Below, one piece after another: positions 13,360-24,173 of a stretch of DNA of 64,000 nt. The DNA lies in contig JBLDXI010000042.1 of NCBI GenBank assembly GCA_047495785.1, positions 1,054,001 to 1,118,000 on the forward strand, read 5' to 3'. The DNA comes from Lepidodermella squamata (lineage: Eukaryota; Animalia; Gastrotricha). Numbering within the stretch: the stretch's first letter is position 1; each line of letters begins with the position of its first letter. The notes under the pieces were generated by a model. It did no database searches. It saw only the letters and a list, made by a program, of their open reading frames with translations, and had not been told where the DNA came from. The position numbers were made by a program, and so were the translations under genes.

Positions 13360-14298
13360 CTGGAAGCATGTTTGCGTCGAGGCGTTCAACTGGTCGGCTA
13401 AGCTGGAGTTTGCCGAGATATCAAGATTGGACGACAAAAGCGAGTTCGTATGGATGCCGCCTCTCTACCTAATCAATGCAGCTGGAGATTCCGACTTGCG
13501 AAAGTTGAACCCTATCTCGACCTATTACCCCAGCGGAGCAATGACCAACGTTTTCAGCGGATACTTGGCCAGCTTTTGTGAGATAAAGTAAGTATAGCTG
13601 AGCTCGAACACCTAATAGGATTGATTGAATCTTACAGTTTTTTCAAATTTCCATTCGACACGCAAACGTGCGATTTGAAAATCGAGCCGTACTTTGAAAC
13701 AACACATTTCGATTTGACGCTTGATCCTGAATCATCAAATCTAATTCGCATTGACCCGCCGACATTCAATAAGCAGAGCCATATGTGGCAATTTATCGCG
13801 GCTAGAGCTTCGAACAAAAGTATCACCTACCCAGGCTACGGCAACTTTTCCTGGTCCCATCTTGAGTTTTCCTTCACCTTTAAACGCCGATACGAGTACT
13901 ATGCAAGCTCGATTTTCTTGCCTTCGTTCGCGTTGTTGCTGCTTCAAACTCTCGCCGGCCTTCTACCACCTGCCGAACCGGAGAGGTCTTCGTTCAACAT
14001 GACAGTTGTTCTTGCATTCAGCGTGCTACAGTCGATGGTTTACGACAAAATTCCCCAGACTTCGGATACCCCTCTTATAGTCTACTTTATTCTAACGCAA
14101 CTTGGGACCAGTGTGATGTTCTGTTGCTACAGTCTTGTCTCTTGCTTCTTGGCTCTAATTTTGAGTGGCAGGGAGTGTGTGATTTTTAAAAGATACAAGG
14201 TAAGCCTAATAAGGCTGATCGATCTGTTAACACATGTTTTTCTGCTCTTAACGAATATTGTTTTCAATATTGCAATAATGTGCCTCATGACGTCGTGA
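13250..14298 (+). CDS. Divergent Cys-loop LGIC subunit (copy A); 5' end missing or overlapped by the nAChR gene, possibly a pseudogene
   Basis: NVNWKH, WMPPLYLINA, spliced Cys-loop C...FPFDTQTC, FKRR-M1, PPAEPER-M2, M3, short loop and M4 (RLID). No signal peptide exon is visible. Confidence 0.7.
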
Positions 14299-15099
14299 AT
14301 CTTTAAGTATCGATCCATTATATGTATCGCGATTGGAGGTTGAAATAAAATTGTTAAATTCGGAACTTTTCTGGCAAAATCTGCTTGTCTGAAACCTGGA
14401 CTCGAAGCTAATGTAGCCTAATCGCTAGGTCCTAATCGCTACGTCCATTTCTGGAGAAATAGCGTCCGAATTTCGCAAATTAAGTAACAAACTTACAAAA
14501 CGATTATTCACAGTTTCACCCAGCTCAACGCTCACAGGTGTTTTGCGTTAGCTAACACCTTTGTTGTTGTTCTAGTTAATATTCGCAGTAAATGCGGCCT
14601 CGGAACGTAATTATGCGTTTCTAAACTAACGCTGTGCTGACTCGCACACAGCATGATTCATCAAACATTCATTTGTTATTAGTCACCTGGCGCAAGCTTA
14701 ATAACACAAAAATAATAATAATGTGCTGTGACACAGAGCAAATATCAACAGCCTACATAGCTTATCAACTAAAGCATTTCATAGCATTTATCCACCATCA
14801 GTAAGTATAGTTCTTTACTGTGAGGTTATTACCCCTTTATAACAAACGTATAAAAAATAGTGATAAGAGGTCCTGGAGTAAAATATTAATGTCCGTTGGA
14901 TTATGACCAGAAGCGCTCTTCCTACGTCTCATCATCTTCAATAATTTCACATATTTTGAAAGGGTCGCCACGTGCTCGTGCTCTTTGAAATAATTAATTA
15001 TTTCGGGTAATTTCGGGTATTTCTCAGATTAAAAGTATTTTCCTGAATGATTCGGCTATTTCGATTGCATAGGAATTCGAGATTTTTAACTGTGTGTAA

Positions 15100-15377
15100 A
15101 TGGACCACGAGGATGAAGAGGCTCAGGTGAGCAAAATCCTGGCTGAGGTTAACAAGCTGATGCGCCAGAAACACGGCCTGCCACCTGTGAGTTTTCTTTT
15201 GACTTTCTCGTCCGATTTTGCTAATAAAAAAGAATTTCTCGCCAGGTTCCTGATGAAGATCTGGTACCTAAATACGACCAGCATCCAGGCGAGTGCAGCA
15301 TTCGTTACACTGTCGAGCAAGCTCAAGATATGCTGAATGATCTCAAACGAGAACTGGGTCTTTTGAAGAATGAATGA
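15100..15377 (+). CDS. Small 72-aa acidic/helical hypothetical protein, 2 exons (intron 15187-15245)
   Basis: An in-frame GT-AG intron gives MDHEDEEAQVSKILAEVNKLMRQKHGLPPVPDEDL...LKRELGLLKNE. AATAAA lies at about 15437. Confidence 0.55.
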
Positions 15378-15563
15378 ACTGGTGGTAATACGTAGTTTAG
15401 GAACGCCTAGTAATGCCAATTCAACAGTTTCTATTGAATAAAAACCTTGATTTCTCTGTTTAGTTTATTTGAATAATCCAAAATGCAATTCGGACTTCTA
15501 AATTGCATTATAGTATTATCATCAATTTCGAAAGAAGAACATATTCGAAAAATTCAGAGTCTA

Positions 15564-18500
15564 TCAGTTAGGAATTTGGCGGAGCGCGCAGAGTAGCTCA
15601 ACGATTCGCAGCTGGTCGACATTCAGGGCCTGGTTGAACATGTTGAGACAAGAGATACTGCCGAAGAACGGCGCGATTGGAGCGGCCCAGGACCTTTAAA
15701 TTTGAAATGCAAAAATCAGCTTACACAAATAAGAGATGAACTAACGATCCTATGGCAAAGTACCACGTGTGCAGCGAATCGCAAATGTTGTAGTCAGTTT
15801 CTGCCTGTCCAAAAGGCCTGGCTTTGACTTTGAGCGCTGAAACGCCTATACGAAAACCAGGTGTAGTCCCACTCGGGGCAAATTCGATCGCTGTACGAGT
15901 TTCATCCATGGAAGGCGAGGCGAAAAATGCGATGGTGAAAGTTGAAGTATCAAGCTTGAACTTATCGTTCGACACAGTGGTAGTAGTCGTGTCATTGAAG
16001 AAGAATGCTGTGTTCGGTACGTCAAACGGACCAGCAATAGGCGTGAGATGTCCTCCGGTGCTAACAGCATCAGCATTTGGAGGGACTAGGTCCTTGTAAT
16101 CTGAAACAAGCGGCCAATTCGCAATGAGTGAAGGTAGCAGGGTACTCAATGAATCCGGTGTCACAATCTTGCCAGAGTGAATCTGCAGACACTTCATACG
16201 AACTATCCACAGCTGATGGGCTGTAAGGGCTTGTTTGAAAAGCGATAGGCAAGACATTCGACCGTTGAAGGGTGTTGCGGATGAAGAGCTGAAGCCGAGG
16301 TGTAAAGTCGACGCGGTTATTGGCGATTTTGTGAAGGTGGTCGCCAATCTGTCGCAGAATACAACCATCTGGCCAGAAGTGCTGTCGTAAGATAAGGCGA
16401 TGAAAATCCACGAAGGATTGGTCATTGCTGGTATGCAAGTTGCAATGACGTAATTTGTTGTAGTTGAATCTAGGAGATTTCTGAACATTATCAAACGAAA
16501 CAAGCAGCAAGAATTATACTACCAAAGTAAATGTACATCTGGAACGATGAAGGCTGGACAAAAATGCGGAGGCGCGATGCCGAACCGGTGTAGAATTCAA
16601 AAATTGGAATAAAGGAAGATGAGCTGTACGTCTGAAGTCCGGCAAAGAGAGATATCGTGAAAGAAGACTGGCCGAAATCAAAGTCGCTGCTCTGAAATGT
16701 AACTTGAACATCAGGGCTAGCGCTGAGGGCAGTTCCCTGGTAATTGTAAGGCCCAGTCATATAAAAGGATATCGGTGAAAGTATCGCCCCATTGTAACGG
16801 TTGCTGCTGATATCACGTGCGCCGTAGGCCGGCGTGAGCGGCATGAAAGCCATTTCAAGCGGCAGCCCGTAGACAATCTCTGAAAAGATACCAGACAGAC
16901 TGAAACCAAACCGGAAATTTGCAAACTCACGCGATTGGCAAACATCGAAAGAACTGAATGGAGCTGATGGAATCTGAAATATTCATTTCACCAAAACGTT
17001 TAGATGTTAAATTCAATTCCAAGACTCACCCAATTCGCAGGACAGCTCGCGGAAACGGAGAAACATTGCGCGGTCATGAATAGCGCATTCGTGCAAAGCT
17101 TGAACTGAAAAATAACGAAAAATCGATTTATTACAGGTTTGACGCTGTAAGAACCTCACCTGAAGAGCCGTGGTACAAGCTGCGTAGTTGGTCGCGAAAT
17201 CTCCGCTCGAAAAATTGGCCATCTACATAAGAAAATCAGCTATGAAAATTCGAATTCGAAAAGATTCTCACTAGAGTTGTTCCGGGTAGGCATGATGGTG
17301 ATTCTTGGCAAAGTTTCGGTTTACCATTTGCTCCACACTGGTACACGCTCTGAAATAACAGTTTCAGTTACGTATTTCAACAATTTTGGAACAACAATTT
17401 CAATCTACCCCTGTTTCGCAAGTTGATTTTGCCGGAAGTATGATCGCTCCAGCTGTCTAAAAAATGAGAAAAAATCACAACATGAAAAACTTTGGTTAAA
17501 TATTACGTCAGTTCCGTCACATGGGAGTTGGGCTGGTTTGCATCCAGAGAAAGCTGGCTGTGACAGATCAAAGCACCTACGATGGGGAAAATATGACTGC
17601 GGAGCTACGGAATAAAAATATCATTTTGAAGCCTTCAATGAGTACCAGAAATCTTACAAACCTGATTCGCATTCACCGAGGTTGGAAAACGTGACCCCAG
17701 TCGAAAAGTCGTTTGTGCTACCAGCTGGGCAACTGACGCTGCCATCGGTAGGAATGCATTTAACGAAGGCATAAGTTTGCGAATTCAGGCAAAGCTGGTG
17801 AGGTTTCTGTAAAAAATGAAATACATTTTTCAAGTGCGAAATGTTATAGCTCAAGGTAATACCGTGTATGTTGCGAAATAGCTGAGGCATCGAGCATAAT
17901 TCGTGCCGAAATCATTATCATCATAGAAAGTTTTCACCTATAATCAAACACTTTATAGCAGCAATACTCCCTTAGACCGAAAAACATACCAGGCTCATAG
18001 GAGATCTGCAAATTGAGCGACATACAAATGTCGATGAAGATTTGCAGAACGCAGAAGGCTTGAAAAAATCAACAGTAATTCTTTCAATCCTTTAATTTGT
18101 TATCTCACCCCAGTGGAACAACGCTTCTTGTCGATGTAGATCCCACCTGCAAAAGCCTGAAAACAAACACAAAGAAACGAGCCGATAAAATTTCGAGCAA
18201 GCAATTAGAAATGAGGTCGAACCTGAGTTTGACTGCTAGCATCACAGCCCGGGGCAGCCAGCAAACAACCAGCGAATGAGCGATCAGTGTTGGAGAAACA
18301 GCGGATATGGGGTGAAAACTCGGAACTTCTGGCGGCTGTAATGCAAGAATTACCCGTAAATGGTCCGGAAAATAAATTGAATCTAACCATTGATTTGCTT
18401 CAGGCACTCGTCCAAACTGAATATCGGCACTTCACCCTGCAATTAATCGAATCAAATGCATGATGACATGCTGTTTAAATTCTCACCCATCCGGTTGGGC

Positions 18501-19101
18501 AGTTGCTCTCAAATGGAACGCAAGTGAGACTTGTTCCATTCAAGCACTGTTTTGCAGGATTATTCTAAATTTATTGGCTTTAAATATTGAAAATTTAAAC
18601 AAATTAAATTCAAAACACTATATAGGGCCGAATTTTGGCGATGCAGGCGTCGTATTGAGGCTTGAAGGCCAGCCCAATAAATTCTGCGTGCTGTTGTAAA
18701 TATTCCATAAAAATTCCTGCTTAAAATTTAAGAAAAAAATTACCGGAATTTCGTCTTTCGAACAAGAAGCGTGTTGCTGGCATCGTAGAGTGAATAGCTT
18801 CGGGTTGTAGCAGCTACGAGCAGACTGAATTCAAGGCAGGAGAATTGTATATCAGTATCCCAAGTCTAATAACTTACACCTCCTTTACAGCTCGCATAAT
18901 CAGGACAAATAGGTCCAAGCTAATCGACAAATCTATACAATTTCATTCTGATATGAGTCCGAATACCTGAACTTCTTCGAATAGGTCGCATTCATCTTTA
19001 CAACCGGTGAATTCTTCGTTCCATCGAGATACGCATCGCTTGTAGCAGTCGCAATGACTAAACACCGACGCGATAATCAAAAAAGCTTGAAATAGTTTCA
19101 T
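15564..19101 (-). CDS. Secreted short-exon Cys-rich repeat protein + two LamG/ConA-like domains (copy L1); second LamG has an internal deletion
   Basis: Signal peptide MKLFQAFLIIASVFSHCDC, and exons collinear with L2 and L3. LamG3-type motifs DISSN, SFTISLF, FNGRMSCLSLF..ALT are present. Confidence 0.75.
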
Positions 19102-19140
19102 TTGATGCTATCAAATTATAAAATGAATGACTGGCTTTTC

Positions 19141-19546
19141 AACTGGCGAATGATTTTGTGGAAATGAAGTCGCGTGCCAAGAAACGTCTGAGTGCGATAG
19201 CCTATAAGCAGACAAATTTGCGTAAACAATATAAACATTCTCGCGGAAAATAATTAGGTCATGTTCAACTGTTTAAGATTTTGATTACAACAGTGCATTT
19301 TGCGGTAAAGTTTCGCGGTCAGATAGGTTTTACCAGCAATAGTTTTTCGCTCAAATAGGAACGTCGACCGCAACTCGGCGCCAAGATTGATACCGTGTTG
19401 TATCAACTTAGGGAAGCGTCTTCAATTTTCTAGTTCGACCTGTTTTTCGCCAAAAAAATTTCGTTTACGCAGATTTGTCTGCTCATAGACTCACTCAGAC
19501 ATTTTTAACGCACGCGAATTATTTTCCGCCGAAAAAATCACCAGTT
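19141..19546. repeat. Imperfect inverted repeat (arms about 19141-19227 and 19463-19546), possible old MITE upstream of L1
   Basis: GCAGACAAATTTGCGTAAAC pairs with GTTTACGCAGATTTGTCTGC, and the flanking matches extend the arms. Confidence 0.6.
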
Positions 19547-20115
19547 AATAGTTAAACAGTCACGGCAATTAAATACGATTGTTACATACGGCCGCCGCCG
19601 TTCACGAATCCCCGCATATATTCAGCAATTAAATTTTTTTAAATTTCATTCAGCCCAGTTTTCGACCAGCCTTTAGACTTGAAATAAAATCTGGAAAATT
19701 GACCAAAATGTACGGCTCAAAAAGTGACTGCAGTAGTTTTGCGTTAAGCCGGACTCGATCCGCGCCAGAAGATTTAGTCCGGCTTAATGAAAGTCCGCTT
19801 TATTGTAAGCCGGACGCCATAAGCAGATTCACCCATTTCAGCTCCCGCTTGACCGCTACATTTTTCGCTAATATCATACATTTCCCGAATGTTATCCCGA
19901 AAAACTCCATTTACTCGACAGAATGCATCCATAACAGCAGCGAGCTTTATTTCTCGAACTTGAATAATTACGACGCAAAAACACAAGAAAAACGTCTACT
20001 TACAGCCTACCTATTAGAACAATGTACTCTTTCTAATACTCATTGGTTTTGTTTGGAAAAGGCTGGTAATCAATCGGAGTGTCTCAAATCGCATGCAATC
20101 AAGTGCATTAAGATT

Positions 20116-20770
20116 TTATGGATTCCAGCAGTTGGCCGGTTGGTCGTTGATTTTCGTCCAGAAGCGCTTGCCTGGCATAAGCTGCGAGTAGGCGTAGAAT
20201 GCCCATCCGCCACTCGAGCCGGATGCGGCGTTCCACGTTGATCCGCAGAACTTGGTCTCGCTCATGCCGACAATACTTACGCCAGTTGCATGTGTGGCCA
20301 TAGTCCACCCGGAACCATGTTGCGAGGCGCAGAGCGAATCGCCCGATGAAGCCGAAGTCAGGTCGGTTCCTAATTGAAACAATGAGTGAAATATATTAAA
20401 ATTGTTATATTGAAAATTATTATTATATGAAATTATTATATTGAAAATTACCTTTAACAGGCGTAGTAAGAGCGGCATGGCCTCCGAGCCAGTTGTTGTA
20501 GAACACGACATTCATGGCGCATCCGTTGCAGGGCTGCATGGGGTAGCATGGCCGCGGAGAGTTGTCTCGCTTCACGCAAAGCACCGGCAAGACGCTGCTG
20601 CAGGGCGTATCGCCCTGGTAGGCATTGCAGCCGTTACAACTCAGGCGATCAATGCCGAATGTGGGGTTATGAGATTCGACCGACCACGTCATGCCTTTGC
20701 CTCCGGTCGCTTGGACGGAAGCGAATGCGAAACAAGCTACGAGAACAGCAACAAGGCAACCTGTATTCAT
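20116..20770 (-). CDS. Secreted 190-aa Cys-rich protein of a bacterial-type family (copy 1); intron 20370-20451
   Basis: Signal peptide followed by motifs GMTW, CNAYQGDTPC..LPVLC, FY..W.GG...T.PV.G..LTS, GGWAFYAY and RFW..INDQPANCWN. I recall these from bacterial proteins often labelled 'flagellar hook-length control protein'; this is not verified by a search. Confidence 0.75.
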
Positions 20771-20820
20771 AGTAGGTATTTTATTAGAAGTTGGAGAAAA
20801 TGAAATGAATTCTTGCTTGA

Positions 20821-21160
20821 AAACTCGGCAAAGTTTCGGCTCAATTTATAGCCGTCAATCAAGGGGATGCGGCATTTCCGCCAAAGAAACGGATTCAGTT
20901 GTTTTCAACTAGAACGGTTTTTTTATTGAAACGTGTTATTGATATAAAGAATATTTGAGCACGAAAAGGCAATTAAATAACGCGTAGTTGATGTAAACAA
21001 CATAATTAAATAAGTAAAACTCGGTCACGCATTGTCATGTAACTTAATTGTCAAATTAATGCTCAAATATTTGTTGATATCAATAGCACGTTTGCCCAGC
21101 GGAAATGCCGCATCCCCCTGATTAACGGCTATGAATTTAGCCGAGACTTTGCCGAATTTC
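20821..21160. repeat. About 340-bp imperfect palindrome (foldback/MITE-like) immediately upstream of the bacterial-type gene
   Basis: 20821-20881 is the reverse complement of 21099-21159. Inner arms 20929-20961 and 21060-21093 also pair. Confidence 0.7.
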
Positions 21161-21959
21161 CAGGGAGAATTTAATATCAAAGTTGTAGAAAATGTTGTTG
21201 GCCTTCGACTTCAACGCTAGCTTTCACCGGAAACGGCCCAAGAAGCAGTCCCTGTGATAACGCTGCTGCATAATATTGCTACGGCTGAAGTGTCTTCTTA
21301 CGCGATCTCTGTTCGTGAGGCCTGGGATACCTGGGCTACCTGGGCTACGAAGGAACTGCCTGCGAAAAAGCCCTCGCAACTATCAACCGGCTTGCTAGCG
21401 CACCCGGAAAGAATTGCAGGCTGGAGAAAAACAGCACGGCAATCTTGCGTCGTTCTTCCACACCGAAAAGGGCGCTGCGCTGTGGCAGGCAGAAATGCTA
21501 AACCTTAAATTCTACCTAAACTTTTTTCGATTGTTTTTTTCACGAAATTTACAGGCTTATGATCCTCTTGATGCGATGAGGAGCTGGTTTCTAGCTAATT
21601 CGAAAAATCATCTCTCGCGTCTTTTTATCATCAGCACTACAATTATCTCAATAACCTTATTTCTGAAATTTCATTGTTATCAAATTCCACCTATCCGGCT
21701 GGGATGGACAGGAGAGCGCAATGCAGTTCAGCTCGTCGACACTCAAAGGTAGATAGAACATGCTCAGCCCTTTCAGCCCTTTTCCAAAATGCGACTGGGT
21801 AATATAACGTCATTTTTTTTAATTATCTGGAAAATTTTCAATTTAAAAATTGCAAAATTGAAAATTCTAATTCTAATTCCAATACCTATCATTTACGATA
21901 TATCTGATTGGTGAAATTGAATTTTCTTCAAATTTTCTTTCTTTTTCCATAATTATAAG

Positions 21960-22580
21960 GCATTTTTCGGTCAACAAGGTTTTCTTTTGGGCGATTCTGC
22001 GCATCGCAATACCCGCTGGTGTTTGTCCCCGTTTCGACACTACGACAACATCCCACAAAATCAGTTTCAACTACCTTCACTCGGCAGCTCGCATCGTCAT
22101 CGAGGCGTTCGGCCTGCTCAAACAGAAATGGCACCGGCTCTATCGTCTATGCTTTCGGCTCACTATCAGGAGGAGTGTTCGCTTTGTGAAAGCCATGTGT
22201 GTATTGCACAACTTCGGGCTTATCCACGAAGGTGATGCTTTCGAGCATATGATCCCAGAGGACCCGTTGCCGGCCCAAATTGCCGAGGAAGATGAAGCTT
22301 GGCAGCAACAGGCACAAAACCTTCTACAACAAGCTGATCAGAGCGACGACAATGAAGATCCACAGGGAATACAACGCCGCCAAGAACTACTCGAGGCCTT
22401 ATGTGATTTATGACAAGATTTGAGCTTTTATCATTATTTTTTAAACAAACATCAGCAGAGACAAATAAACTCAGCCAACGCGCGTCATCTGCTATTTTTC
22501 TCTTTAAATGCAAAAATAAAAATCGTATTTCACTCAAAAAAATTCTTAATCCTTTTTCACCGAGAAGATGAAATACACCC
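21960..22580 (+). mobile_element. PIF/Harbinger transposase remnant (DDE_Tnp_4-like) with right terminus
   Basis: Frameshifted motifs FLLGDSA, NYLHSAARIVIEAFGLLKQKW and CVLHN. It ends in ATGAAATACACCC, which matches the TIR of the MITE at 28089-28626. Confidence 0.8.
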
Positions 22581-22761
22581 AAAGATCTTGATTCATTCTT
22601 ACAGCTGCTGAGTAAACTTCGGATATCGTATTTACGTATGAAAAGCAAATAGAGCTAAGATTGCCCAAGCATAAGTTCATGAGAGATTTCGGTTGTGCAT
22701 TAAATGTTTTGCTAGCTTCTTATCATAAATCCCCTGATTATTAATTAAGCTGAATTGTAGA

Positions 22762-24036
22762 ATGAAATACTTTCCTTGGGTTATCATCAGCGTTTTAGCA
22801 TATTCGGCTGCCGAGTCTATCGATGACCAACTTCCGTTATTCAAGCCTGAGGCTGGGGAGTTGAAGAACCTTCTCATTTCGCGTTGCAGCCTCGATACAC
22901 TCATTCGGCCTGTCGCGAAACACAACGAGACAGTATTTATACATGTCTCGATCACCCCTTATAATTTTAGAGGAATTGACGAGGATGAGCAGTCGTGAGA
23001 GAACTGGCTTGATTTTTGAGATTCTGAATTTCAAAGCTTCGTTTCAGATTCTCGTTCTATGGCGAGCTGTCGCTTCGATGGAATCATCCGTGCGCGTCAT
23101 GGCAACACATCTCAAATTATTCTCATATCGAAAGCATAGACTTCAAAGGTTCAGAAACTTGGACGCCACTCTTCTCCCACACAAATGCGTTCGAAATTTC
23201 GGTTGTTGAGAGGTTTCGATTTCTCAAATTCCCCCGACTTCTCAGTCGATTTTGTTTGTCCTTAGCCTAAGCAAAAGCGCCACAGTGGTTTACTACATAG
23301 ATGGTCAAGTTACTATGTACTTCCAAGCAATATTCAAATCATTCTGTAATTTGAAGTAAGTCAGATAAATCTGGCTTCATTCGATATAACATAGAAAGCT
23401 TTTGCAGTTTCCTGAAATTTCCCTTCGACAAGCAAACATGTTACGTTGGCTTCGATTCTTTTCACACCACGAGGCATACAACATTCGTTTTCCAAAATCG
23501 CGGTATCCACTTATCGAACGTCGCCAATTTCATAAGCCAAAGTGAAATGTGGCAATTGAATTCTTACAACGCTGAATACATAATTTACCTTTTCAGTACT
23601 AAGGTTCACATTCGATTTCGAACGCCGTTACGGGTTTCATTTGCTGACTATATTTTTCCCGAATATCTGCCTGCAACTGGTTCTGATCGCCGCTGGTTTC
23701 ATGCCGCCTGAGCACCCGGATCGGCCGAATTTTTGCATAACTGTCGTACTGGCCTATGCAGTCTCGCAATCAAGCGTCAGCGAATCGATACCGAATTCTG
23801 CGGAAATTCCGTACATTTTGGTATTCCTGGCAAGTCAAATGGCAATTGCCGTGCTTTGCGCCATCTATTGCCTAATTGCTAGCGATTTAGCCGGGAGGAA
23901 GCGATTTCGTGTCATTCTAGTTGGATTCCAAGTCAATTCATCCCTCATTCGCCTGATTGATGTCATTGTTTTCGGGATTATTCTAATTACTGCAGTTCTG
24001 ATTGATGTCGCTGTTTTAACTCTAATGACGCAGTAA
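22762..24036 (+). pseudogene. Divergent Cys-loop LGIC copy B; frameshifting deletion of about 20 nt in loop C (~23585)
   Basis: Same 4-exon structure as its paralogues. GCT GAA TAC ATA ATT T ACC TTT TCA GTA is out of frame relative to copy H. Confidence 0.75.
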
Positions 24037-24173
24037 TAAAAGATGTTTCGCGACTGCAACATTTCCTGATATCGGCTTGTATAAGAACCATAAATTGTTG
24101 ATACAGTGTGCGAAGTAGGATCCTAGAGATAGGGGTTATTTTCGGTTTTTTGCAATTTTCGGACCCTGTTGTT

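Noticed and set aside
20116-20770. Bacterial contamination or a real flagellar gene
   Set aside because: The gene has a GT-AG intron and a signal peptide, and is duplicated among animal genes. The recalled database label is not evidence of flagellar function.
21190-21510. Cys-containing reading frames downstream of the palindrome
   Set aside because: They are interrupted by stops and frameshifts and have no recognisable homology; at most a decayed gene.
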